A DNA stretch of 64,000 nucleotides from a virus. Taxonomy: Duplodnaviria; Caudoviricetes. A model generated the notes under the pieces. That model was given only the letters and a program-made list of their open reading frames with translations. It ran no database searches and had not been told where the DNA came from. The translations under genes and the position numbers were made by a program. The stretch spans positions 1,762 through 65,761 of the IMG/VR virus record IMGVR_UViG_3300049332_000001; one strand, written 5' to 3'. Shown one piece after another: positions 45,091-53,245 of the stretch (position 1 is its first letter; each line of letters begins with the position of its first letter).

Positions 45091-46008
45091 TCACCTTGAT
45101 CCAGCATCTCCCACTCGTGCGCGATACCAATCAAAGGTTGAGCAGAGTCCGTCATACAGGTTGATTTTAGCATGCCAGCCAAGTGCATTAAGGCGCGTAC
45201 TATCTAGCAGCTTGCGTGGCGGTCCATCGGGTTTGGAGGGGTCAAACTTAATCTCGCCGCGATAGCCGACAATCTCAGCAATCATGTGAGCGAGCTCGCT
45301 GATAGTGACTTCTTGCCCGGAACCTACGTTAATTGGCTCACTGTCATTGTATTCAGCCATCAGGGCTATTAGCGCATTAGCAAGATCGTCAACGTGAAGA
45401 AACTCACGCAGCACCTTACCAGTGCCCCAAAGCGTGATTGAACGATCCTCGTTGCATGCTGCCCGGCAAAGCCGCGACATCAGCGACGGAATAACATGCG
45501 CGTCGATGGAGTCAAAGTGATCGTTAGGACCATACAAGTTAGTAGGCATGGCGCTAATCGCATTGAAGCCGTATTGCTTGCGATAGGCTTGGCACATCTT
45601 CAGTCCCGCAATCTTGGCAATTGCGTACCATTGGTTTGTTGGCTCAAGCGGGCCGGTAAGCAGCGCGTCTTCACTGATTGGCTGCTGTGCGTCGCGTGGG
45701 TAGATGCAAGAGGAACCGAGGAAGAGAAGTTTCTCACAATCGTTTAGTCGGGCAGCGTTAATAACATTGCACTGGATTAGAAGATTGTCGCGGATGAAGT
45801 CAGCGGGATAGGCTGAGTTTGCGTGGATGCCGCCGACCTTGGCCGCTGCGAGATAGACATGCTGGATCTTATTACCCCAAAAGAAGCCGTAGGTGTCTGC
45901 CTGGCTTCTTAGGTCAAGTTGCGCGTGGGTATGTGTAACAGCATCAGGTATACGCCGCAGCAATGCACTACCAACAAGTCCCGTGTGACCCGCAACGTAA
46001 ACGCTCAC
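45091..46008 (-). CDS. fcl: GDP-L-fucose synthase
   Basis: GHTGLVGSA, AAAKVGGI, LGSSCIYP, YAIAK, PTNLYGPND, REFLHVDDLA, DGPPRKLLD. Confidence 0.96.
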   Translation of the reverse strand: MSVYVAGHTGLVGSALLRRIPDAVTHTHAQLDLRSQADTYGFFWGNKIQHVYLAAAKVGGIHANSAYPADFIRDNLLIQCNVINAARLNDCEKLLFLGSSCIYPRDAQQPISEDALLTGPLEPTNQWYAIAKIAGLKMCQAYRKQYGFNAISAMPTNLYGPNDHFDSIDAHVIPSLMSRLCRAACNEDRSITLWGTGKVLREFLHVDDLANALIALMAEYNDSEPINVGSGQEVTISELAHMIAEIVGYRGEIKFDPSKPDGPPRKLLDSTRLNALGWHAKINLYDGLCSTFDWYRARVGDAGSR

Positions 46009-46020
46009 TTGTTCTCTCCG

Positions 46021-46470
46021 TTAAGCATACTCGTGCAGGTGAATGACCGCCGGTCGATGGCCGTGTGGCCGCTGACCTGCCTGAAACGCGCGCCACTCAA
46101 ATTGCTGATCCAACTGACTCCAGTGCTTGTCCATGCCCTGCCAGATGTCGGGTAGCAGGTTCATTAGTTCGCCAGAAAACTTGGCGCAGCCAAAGCTATG
46201 AAAGATGCCAATACCATGTTGATCGTACGAGTACGCGCACCACGACGCCGGGCAGGCAATTAACTCTTCCAACGCACCCGGCCACGGCAAAATATCGTGC
46301 TCGATTAGGACAACTGTTTCGCGTTGCTGCCATAGTTCCGTAAGCAGCGTCCAGTAGGCGTCGTCACTGGCACTGACGTCAACGTAATGCGGATTGTAAT
46401 GCCTGAGTAGCCATTGTTGCTCCCGCCGCAACCTCGTGTAGGGAACAACAACCTTCATGTCCGTAGCCAA
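46021..46470 (-). CDS. compact putative GT-A-fold glycosyltransferase
   Basis: VVVPY start, LIEHDILP (DxD-like), GCAKF, LD..F, terminal HLH; context. Confidence 0.5.
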   Translation of the reverse strand: MATDMKVVVPYTRLRREQQWLLRHYNPHYVDVSASDDAYWTLLTELWQQRETVVLIEHDILPWPGALEELIACPASWCAYSYDQHGIGIFHSFGCAKFSGELMNLLPDIWQGMDKHWSQLDQQFEWRAFQAGQRPHGHRPAVIHLHEYA

Positions 46471-46479
46471 ACCAGTCCG

Positions 46480-46710
46480 CTAATCATCATTACACTGTTT
46501 CAACGATGGGGTATCACGCGAGCATTGGTCTACGGCCTTGCGAGCTACCGCATCACCAGCACGTTCCAGTGACTTGCCAGCACTGCGAGCTATCGGGCAG
46601 GGGGCTTGACGCAGTGCGGCGCCAGCTAATCCCGCTGCATGACCGACGGTTACGGCCCCTGTACGCATTGTGTTGGTGTAGTGATCGGTTAGTGTTTTCT
46701 TCCTGCTCAT
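46480..46710 (-). CDS. hypothetical protein
   Basis: ORF 76 aa. Confidence 0.5.
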   Translation of the reverse strand: MSRKKTLTDHYTNTMRTGAVTVGHAAGLAGAALRQAPCPIARSAGKSLERAGDAVARKAVDQCSRDTPSLKQCNDD

Positions 46711-46946
46711 TATGCTTCCCTTCTCTCTGCCTCTCTAAGAAATATCTGGAATTCGCGGTACGCTTTGAAGTTATCAAAACTCAAACGAGCCTGCTTAATG
46801 GACTGGTTAAGCGCTGCCAGTAAACCGTCGCGATCTAACTCAGTTACAGCAACGCCGTAGTATCTCACATTCTCCACGCCCTCTTTGTCGCGCTCAATGG
46901 TTGCTCTTGGTATTTCCCTCATCATAATCCTTTCAGCCATGCCCAA
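46710..46946 (-). CDS. hypothetical protein
   Basis: ORF 78 aa. Confidence 0.5.
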   Translation of the reverse strand: MGMAERIMMREIPRATIERDKEGVENVRYYGVAVTELDRDGLLAALNQSIKQARLSFDNFKAYREFQIFLREAERREA

Positions 46947-46954
46947 TTTAGGTT

Positions 46955-47140
46955 TTATCCAAGGTCTACAACCTTATTCGTCGCGCCATCAAAGGCCATT
47001 TTCCCGCCCGTTATAATACCTACGTCTTCGGGTTGTAGCTCTACAGGTGACGAGTCATAGCCCTGCCATTTCTGTACAGGTATATCGCCATGCTCCACCA
47101 ACAGAGATTGCAGTTCATTAATTAACTCGGACAGTTTCAT
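46955..47140 (-). CDS. hypothetical protein
   Basis: MKLSELINELQ..L.EHGDIPV. Confidence 0.6.
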   Translation of the reverse strand: MKLSELINELQSLLVEHGDIPVQKWQGYDSSPVELQPEDVGIITGGKMAFDGATNKVVDLG

Positions 47141-47208
47141 GTTACCCACGTTCTATTAAAATACTGCTCCCACTCCAGCAACGGATGCGGCTCACACTCG
47201 GGGAACAA
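47137..47208 (-). pseudogene. stranded duplicate of the methyltransferase 3' end
   Basis: encodes LFPECEPHPLLEWEQYFNRTWVT*, versus LFPEITGHPLLDHELYFNRSWMNT* at 48010-48084. Confidence 0.8.
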
Positions 47209-47209
47209 T

Positions 47210-48025
47210 CTAAACATGCGACCACAACCTCCGACTCAAAACTGCCTTGATAGTTGCAGTCGCTACTCCGAATTCATCCGCGAGCATGGTTATGGTGTGA
47301 ATGTTGGGATTGTACTTTTCACGGATAGAGAGAACAGACCCCCTATTTAGCTTTGCCCGTGGATGCGCTTCGCCTTTTTTACCTTCTCGCCCTTGCATCG
47401 CTTCGCTCAAACGCTGACTCTTCATTTCAGCATGTACGGATGCGAATCCGGGACTCGCGCCCGTCAACGCTACATGGCCCCACAACTTACCGCTCAGGAT
47501 GTAAGCCACTGTTGTTCGCCCAACGCCATATCGTTCGGCAAGCATTTTGTGAGTATAGCGGCCCGTGGTGTACTTTGATCTGATTTCCCGTACGTCGCGC
47601 TCGGTCAAGACGCTATTACCGTTCGACTCGCCTCGCAGTGCTGTGTGCAGACCCGTCTCAACCGCATGAACACCATTCTCTGGCTTAGTACACCATTCTA
47701 AGTTGCTAGGACGGTTGTCAGTCTTGATACCGTTCTTATGGTTAACGAACGGCTTGCCTTCAGGGTTAGGAATGAACGCCAAGGCGATCAGTCTGTGGGC
47801 TAAAAATGTTTGCTTACCAGGCTGCGCAGTAGAAAGAACGGAGTGAGATAAATAGTTACCATCGTCTGACTTAGCAGTCAAGATCCGTTCTCTCTTTAGA
47901 AATGAATAACCCTTTCCGCGCGAACTATGGCCCATCCGGGCTAATGATTTTAGCCGACCGAGAGAACTAGCCTGATAACCCGGAAAGCCCGGAATGTCTC
48001 GCCACTCTTCTATGTGTTCATCCAT
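47210..48025 (-). mobile_element. NUMOD4-HNH homing endonuclease with duplicated C-terminal HTH
   Basis: EEWRDIPGFPGYQASSLGRL (NUMOD4), HRLIA.AF, VNHKNGIKTDNRPSNLEWCT..EN; two GE.h...LT...V..IR repeats. Confidence 0.9.
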
Positions 48026-48636
48026 GATCGGTTGAAGTATAACTCATGATCTAACAGTGGATGGCCCGTTATTTCAGGAAACAGGTGCATATACTCTTGC
48101 TGTAAGAGGATGAGATTTCCGCTGTGCGCCAACAATGCGTAGCCGCGTTCCAGCGCCGCCATCGTCATGGCCCAATAGCCGACGCCGCCGTCGCTGTTGA
48201 CCCGCTCGCCAGGCGGTTCGATGCTGGAGTCAATTTCGACTATCACGATCTTGGGGCGGGCTTGCATGCCGCAGAAAATAGCGTAATCGCTACCATCAGT
48301 ATCCAGACTAAGCAGGTCACAACGTTCGTCGACAAAGGCATTGACGTTACGCGCGTCTACGCGGGAGCACTGGCAACGCACAAGTGAATTGTGTTTCCAG
48401 TTTGAGACGCACTGCTGATAGAGGCCATAGTCAGATTCAACAAACAAGCCCGTCACGACGCTGGTGTCACTCTCAATGAGCCATGCGGTATTAGAGCAGA
48501 AGCGTCCGTTGTGAGCGCCGATTTCAACGCAGTGGAAGATACCGATACCACGCTTCTGGCACTCTAACAAGATCCCTTCCTCACCATTTTGTGAGCAGGA
48601 GATGTTGCGAGCATATTTATGTAGGAAGCTAAGCAC
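48010..48636 (-). CDS. FkbM-like SAM-dependent methyltransferase
   Basis: SQNGEEGIL, VEIGAHNG...SNT, LLSLDTDGSDY, PKIVIVEI. Confidence 0.8.
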   Translation of the reverse strand: MLSFLHKYARNISCSQNGEEGILLECQKRGIGIFHCVEIGAHNGRFCSNTAWLIESDTSVVTGLFVESDYGLYQQCVSNWKHNSLVRCQCSRVDARNVNAFVDERCDLLSLDTDGSDYAIFCGMQARPKIVIVEIDSSIEPPGERVNSDGGVGYWAMTMAALERGYALLAHSGNLILLQQEYMHLFPEITGHPLLDHELYFNRSWMNT

Positions 48637-48856
48637 TGGTTTTCACTACATGCTCCACGAGAGCCCCGCCGTACAATCCATATGTAACCTTAGACGAAAC
48701 CACTTCGTAGGTTACTGAGTCGCGGACGAACATTTCCCCTTGCCCATGAATACGCCTGAAAATATAACGCTCCACCCACAGTACTTCACCGTCCTCGTTG
48801 ATAGCAATCTCCGCTGCCGCCTTAACCGGATATTCTGTTACGCTAGTAGATTCCAT
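48629..48856 (-). CDS. hypothetical protein
   Basis: ORF 75 aa. Confidence 0.5.
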   Translation of the reverse strand: MESTSVTEYPVKAAAEIAINEDGEVLWVERYIFRRIHGQGEMFVRDSVTYEVVSSKVTYGLYGGALVEHVVKTSA

Positions 48857-49647
48857 TCGTGGTTCCTCTTTCTGTGGTGGTTAAACAAGATCGGATAATC
48901 ATCACCCTCATACTCCGGCAGCTTCTCGTAAACAAATGCGCCATCGTTGTACGAGGCGGGCCAATAATGCAAAGTTAGACCATCACGATACGCCATCGTT
49001 GTCAATATCGCCTGATCATGCCGATGCTCGCGAAACTCAGGATGATTAGGTGCGCGCGAGGGCGAATCGTCAATCAGTCTGCCGCCTTCAAACAGGCACC
49101 ACTTGAGCCATTCCTTTACAAACGCGCGGGTGTAGTCAGAGACACGGAAGAAGATCACGCTGGCTTGGCATTGCTTGCCGAAGCGTGACCACATTTGCTC
49201 TGAGCGATAACGGTAATCATCTTCAGTCTTTACGGTTCCTATTCTATAGTCGGGCCACACCGTCTCTACCACATCTCGCTTGCACCAATGCGCGTGCTCC
49301 CAGTTATTGCCGAACAGGAAGATGTCTTGGTCCATACGCTCAATGATGTGAGAGACAGGAGCGATGAACTCGATTCCTGCATCCGCATATATGCAGACAT
49401 CACCGTTACGTAGCAACTGTAAATCATGACAGATAATTGCGGGCTTCCAAATCCAATACCCAACGCCACGAGGCTGTGCCATAAGTTGTTTAAATGCCGC
49501 GCTCCCATTGTCTAGCATGCCCACGCTAACTGGGTCCCATGAAGATGTATGATTAACCCCATTCCGCTTAGCACTCTCAACACACAACTGCCGCGAGCGG
49601 CTCATGCTTTCATCTGAGAAGGTAACAAGATGGACTGTCATGGGCAT
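48838..49647 (-). CDS. putative GT-A / nucleotide-diphospho-sugar transferase
   Basis: GYWIWKP, YADAG (DxD-like), EHRHDQAILT. Confidence 0.7.
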   Translation of the reverse strand: MPMTVHLVTFSDESMSRSRQLCVESAKRNGVNHTSSWDPVSVGMLDNGSAAFKQLMAQPRGVGYWIWKPAIICHDLQLLRNGDVCIYADAGIEFIAPVSHIIERMDQDIFLFGNNWEHAHWCKRDVVETVWPDYRIGTVKTEDDYRYRSEQMWSRFGKQCQASVIFFRVSDYTRAFVKEWLKWCLFEGGRLIDDSPSRAPNHPEFREHRHDQAILTTMAYRDGLTLHYWPASYNDGAFVYEKLPEYEGDDYPILFNHHRKRNHEWNLLA

Positions 49648-49937
49648 ATCTCATATTCACGTATCTGGTAGACCAAACTATCGGACGCTCGTCCAAACTC
49701 ATCGTAGTACCCACAACTGTCGCGCCGATCTACGATCTCCCACTGTAGGTTCCCGTGACTACCGTCAAGTGACTCGGGTATGTAACGCCTTGCTGCCCCC
49801 ACGGACGCGAATACGCCTTCAAGAAAATCTTCGCAAGCGCAGCCACTAAAGTTATGCGAACGCTCTTTAGGTACCCAGTCGTCACAGGGATAGAAAGCGT
49901 AGAGTAGGTATACGCGCTGTTCAACTCCCTCGCTCAT
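49638..49937 (-). CDS. hypothetical protein
   Basis: ORF 99 aa. Confidence 0.5.
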   Translation of the reverse strand: MSEGVEQRVYLLYAFYPCDDWVPKERSHNFSGCACEDFLEGVFASVGAARRYIPESLDGSHGNLQWEIVDRRDSCGYYDEFGRASDSLVYQIREYEICP

Positions 49938-50548
49938 CTCAACCTTGCCTCGCTAGCCTTAAATATCTCCGTGTAGTCATCAACTCCGTCACGCTGCCAG
50001 ATGGAGCTAAAACGCGGCCTCTGCCATGCTACCATCGGCGCAACACAGTAAGCGTTTAGTTCCGGCAGCAAGTCGCTCAGCGCATTGTCAAACATCTGTG
50101 CGCTGAATTCAGGTTGACGCTCCAGTATACGTCTGACACATGACTTGTGATAAGCAATTGCGTGGGTAGTCCATGCTGCCCGTACTCGCCACAGGTGCTC
50201 GCTGAACCGCTCCGGGGCAGGCTCCCCATTATTCCAGCAGACCAAGTTCGCGCCAAGGTACAGGATGTCCCAGTCGGCAGGCAGTTCGCTGATTGCTTGC
50301 GGCAAGTGGCTCAAGTCGCGAAACACAACGTCGTCTTCAAGATGCAGCAGGCGATTGTCTTCTGAGAACAGGAACTCAAGTAGGATGTTGCGCTCGCTGT
50401 GGTTAAATGATTGATGCGGACCGATCTCTTTGACGGCATCGTACTTTTCCACGGTCAGACCCACACGCTGGAATTCAGCGCATGCTTTAAGCCATTCGCC
50501 GGGGTTGGCAGTCAGGCAGACACGGCGCTGGAAAAAGGACCAGTTCAC
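49934..50548 (-). CDS. GT25-family glycosyltransferase
   Basis: LHLEDDVVF, WDILYLG, THAIAY, AWQRP..SSI. Confidence 0.82.
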   Translation of the reverse strand: MNWSFFQRRVCLTANPGEWLKACAEFQRVGLTVEKYDAVKEIGPHQSFNHSERNILLEFLFSEDNRLLHLEDDVVFRDLSHLPQAISELPADWDILYLGANLVCWNNGEPAPERFSEHLWRVRAAWTTHAIAYHKSCVRRILERQPEFSAQMFDNALSDLLPELNAYCVAPMVAWQRPRFSSIWQRDGVDDYTEIFKASEARLR

Positions 50549-50873
50549 TTACCTTACCTGTTTATAACCTGGACCACCCGCTGCTTCACGCTCAGCCACG
50601 GGTATTGCTGAAACGCAAAGCTGTGATGGTCCAAGGTAGTTATCGCAGCCCGTCTACGGCTTGCACGTAGCAGCGCCAAGGAATCAATTGCAAGGCACAC
50701 GCTTTCGCGTCGGCTGCGAGCTTGGGCCACTTTAAGCTTTGTGTCCAGTTACAGAAAGCTCCATAACCTATCATTGCTACTGGTGACCCAAGCCCCTCAA
50801 CGCAGCACCCTAGTTCAAGAGGGCCTTCACTACCCCCTGCCGCCGAATGCGGCGAGCGCTGCGCTGATCCACA

Positions 50874-51104
50874 CTACTTGTTACAACTGCCGCCGTGACA
50901 CATGATCAGGCAGCATTCGTACTCGGACTGACAGATGGATAGACATTCAGCGTTGCCGTTACACGCTGCCTGACAGGCGTTGCGGTCCGTGATGCAGTGG
51001 GCACAGCCTGCCAGAGCGGCTTCCGTGTTGCTGGTGGTCCATGCTCCGGTTGGAGTCAGTAACATGACTACAGCAAGCAGCATTAAAGCAAGTGTTCGTT
51101 TCAT
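50874..51104 (-). CDS. secreted Cys-rich mini-protein (10 Cys)
   Basis: signal peptide MKRTLALMLLAVVMLL; SD GAAAGGA. Confidence 0.75.
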   Translation of the reverse strand: MKRTLALMLLAVVMLLTPTGAWTTSNTEAALAGCAHCITDRNACQAACNGNAECLSICQSEYECCLIMCHGGSCNK

Positions 51105-51275
51105 ATTTGAGTTTCCTTTCGGTTTGAAGTTGCGTAACTGTTGCTACTTGTCAAAGATTGAATTGCGCGGGCGCGGTAGTCGAGTGGCACTAAGAGGCTA
51201 GCATCACGGGAGCCTGCCTACCGTTCCTATCCCGCTGTTTAGTCGCATTGCTGCCGCCCGCGCAAACTTGAATTG

Positions 51276-51710
51276 TCAATCGCTGCCAGAACTCTCAACG
51301 GCAGTTAACGCAGCTCGACAAACCGCTTCAGGTAAAGTGCCCGCACTCGCTTGTCCGCCACGTTCGTATTCAAGCGTGGCGAATTCTGCCCACCATTCCC
51401 CGCTTTTGGGGTCGCAACGATCATTACAAGCAAATCGGAAGTGATCGCGTCGCATCTTCTCAACTACTTCCATTGCGGCTTCAATGGATTCACTGTATTC
51501 AGGCACGCATCGCATTTCTACGGGCTCAATGCCACCTTGCTGACGATAACGCATCTGCTTCCATTCCAGCATCTCTTCGCCGCAGTTCTCGCAAAACCCT
51601 TCACCGTTGTCTGCATGGGCTATATGAGCCATTGCCCGTTCAGCAACAGCCGCATCAAGTTCGCGTCCACTCAGTTTTTCCACTGGCTCAATAGTCTTTT
51701 GTCTGTTCAT
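51276..51710 (-). CDS. phage ABA-sandwich-domain protein
   Basis: GRELDAAVAE, PEYSESIEAAMEVVEKM, PEAVCRAAL. Confidence 0.75.
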   Translation of the reverse strand: MNRQKTIEPVEKLSGRELDAAVAERAMAHIAHADNGEGFCENCGEEMLEWKQMRYRQQGGIEPVEMRCVPEYSESIEAAMEVVEKMRRDHFRFACNDRCDPKSGEWWAEFATLEYERGGQASAGTLPEAVCRAALTAVESSGSD

Positions 51711-51835
51711 TATTGCTTACCTTCAAGCACCGCAACACGGCGCTGGAGGTCGCGGATCTGGGCGCGATAGTGGAAGACGCCTATGATAGCAAACCATATT
51801 AGCAACCAAAGTAAGAATGCTTCACCGCGTCTCAC
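51710..51835 (-). CDS. small membrane peptide
   Basis: hand translation, TM plus short coil; TAATG overlap. Confidence 0.5.
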   Translation of the reverse strand: MRRGEAFLLWLLIWFAIIGVFHYRAQIRDLQRRVAVLEGKQ

Positions 51836-52017
51836 CTTTTGATTGTCGCTCCGCTCACCCATCGCTCGGACCCCGCTTTAGTACGCTGATAACAACGCTC
51901 ATGCAGGTGCGTAAAACTCCTTTGCCGCTGCGTTAATCTTTTCAGGAGCACCGCGATAGGTCGCCGATGCTCCGCAGCGCGCACAATAAACCAGCATCGA
52001 CGCCAGTAACTGCTCAA
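51832..52017 (-). CDS. hypothetical protein
   Basis: ORF; start uncertain. Confidence 0.35.
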   Translation of the reverse strand: MSSYWRRCWFIVRAAEHRRPIAVLLKRLTQRQRSFTHLHERCYQRTKAGSERWVSGATIKR

Positions 52018-52071
52018 GTGGACTTTCTTTGTCAGCCATCCCGCTCACCTGTCCCTTTTTCACTTACCTGC

Positions 52072-52263
52072 TCAATGATCCAGCAGCACAAACCCGCTAA
52101 CCATCATTGCCAGACAAACTATCATCGCTACAGCCATGAAAGCCCAGAGGTATTGTTCTGTTCCGGACTCGCGAATGGCTTGCACGAAACTGGTAACAGC
52201 GCCTGTCGTAAGAACTAGTAAGATACTACCAATGCAACCTGCCGTTTTAATCCTGTCGCTCAT
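52072..52263 (-). CDS. small 2-TM membrane protein
   Basis: two hydrophobic segments. Confidence 0.55.
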   Translation of the reverse strand: MSDRIKTAGCIGSILLVLTTGAVTSFVQAIRESGTEQYLWAFMAVAMIVCLAMMVSGFVLLDH

Positions 52264-52423
52264 CGCCCGCCCCGAAGGTGTTTTTGCACTCGTTCTCGTT
52301 GCTCATCAAAGTCACGCTCCATACGGCGGAATTTTCGATAGGCAAGTACGCCGCCAGCGAGATTCGCGGCTACGAGCAGGATAACTATGCCAGCTATCAG
52401 ATACCAGATCCATGTTGGCACGC

Positions 52424-52612
52424 TCATCGCCCGCCCTTCCCCTGCGTGTTAGCCGCAACCGCCATCATGGCCCAGTAAATCGCGAATAGTCCGTTAAAGA
52501 CAGCTAAAAACACACAAAGCCAGCGCGCAGAATGATTGCTGATGACTACCGCAATTCCCGCCGAGGCAGCGGAGATCCAAGCGGAACCAGACATCCATAA
52601 AAGGTGGTTCAC
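52424..52612 (-). CDS. small 2-TM membrane protein
   Basis: two hydrophobic segments; GTGA overlap. Confidence 0.55.
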   Translation of the reverse strand: MNHLLWMSGSAWISAASAGIAVVISNHSARWLCVFLAVFNGLFAIYWAMMAVAANTQGKGGR

Positions 52613-52821
52613 TTGACTGCTCGCCCCTTCCCTTGCGTGCTGCTGGTAGCTGGTCGCTCAAACAGCCAACGCAATAACTTAATCATTGTAGTCGCGTCTA
52701 TCTGCTCGCCTCGCTCAATGCGTGATACCGTACCATGTGAGACGCCAATCATCTGCGCCGCTTCACGCACACCCAGATCGCGCTTTTGTCGCCAGCTGCG
52801 TATGACCTCACCTATCTTCAT
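52609..52821 (-). CDS. XRE-family HTH regulator
   Basis: IRSWRQKRDLGVREAAQMIGVSHGTVSRIERG. Confidence 0.88.
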   Translation of the reverse strand: MKIGEVIRSWRQKRDLGVREAAQMIGVSHGTVSRIERGEQIDATTMIKLLRWLFERPATSSTQGKGRAVK

Positions 52822-52829
52822 CGGCGTCT

Positions 52830-52858
52830 AAGCTAGCACAACCTGTCTAAGCTGTCAA
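52830..52858 (-). promoter_or_regulatory. sigma70-type promoter
   Basis: TTGACA-17-TAGCTT with TGn, 8 nt before ATG 52821. Confidence 0.7.
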
Positions 52859-52868
52859 ACATTTTCTC

Positions 52869-52898
52869 TTGACTTGTGAAACGGTTGTCAAGTAGGAT
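52869..52898 (+). promoter_or_regulatory. divergent sigma70-type promoter
   Basis: TTGACT-18-TAGGAT, 8 nt before ATG 52907. Confidence 0.55.
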
Positions 52899-53245
52899 TT
52901 GTAGTTATGACAGTCGACTACGCTATAGCGGATCGGATATCTGACGCGATCATAGGTGCGTTGAACAACGAAATACGCTCAGACGCGAACTAGAGACCTG
53001 AGATTCTTCTGTTGGGAACACTATTGGGCTTAAAGGGATGATCTCAGAACCGCCCCAACAGCCGGGCAGCCAGTACCCTTGTGGCGCTGGAGACTGCTGT
53101 TGATAACTGCCTTTGGTCTCTAAGGGAGTATCTGGAAACGGAAGGAAACCTAAACCAATGAACACTACCGCACAACTCTACTACAGCTTACGTAAGTCTT
53201 GGTATCGCAGGATGATTGATTGGTTGATGAGATAATGCTGCCGCG

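Noticed and set aside
44297-50548. GT cassette as DNA hypermodification or lysogenic serotype conversion
   Set aside because: No hydroxymethylase, kinase or other base-modifying enzyme, no membrane GtrAB/flippase and no integrase; disfavoured but not excluded.
51163-51265. Canonical tRNA gene
   Set aside because: D-stem mismatch, 11-nt anticodon-position loop, extra segment before the 3' arm and no CCA; kept only as a low-interest structured element.
52907-53041. TAG read-through joining MTVDYAIADR...DAN* to RPEILLLGTLLGLKG*, or stop-codon reassignment
   Set aside because: Single short case; many well-bounded genes here end in TAG, so the standard code applies.
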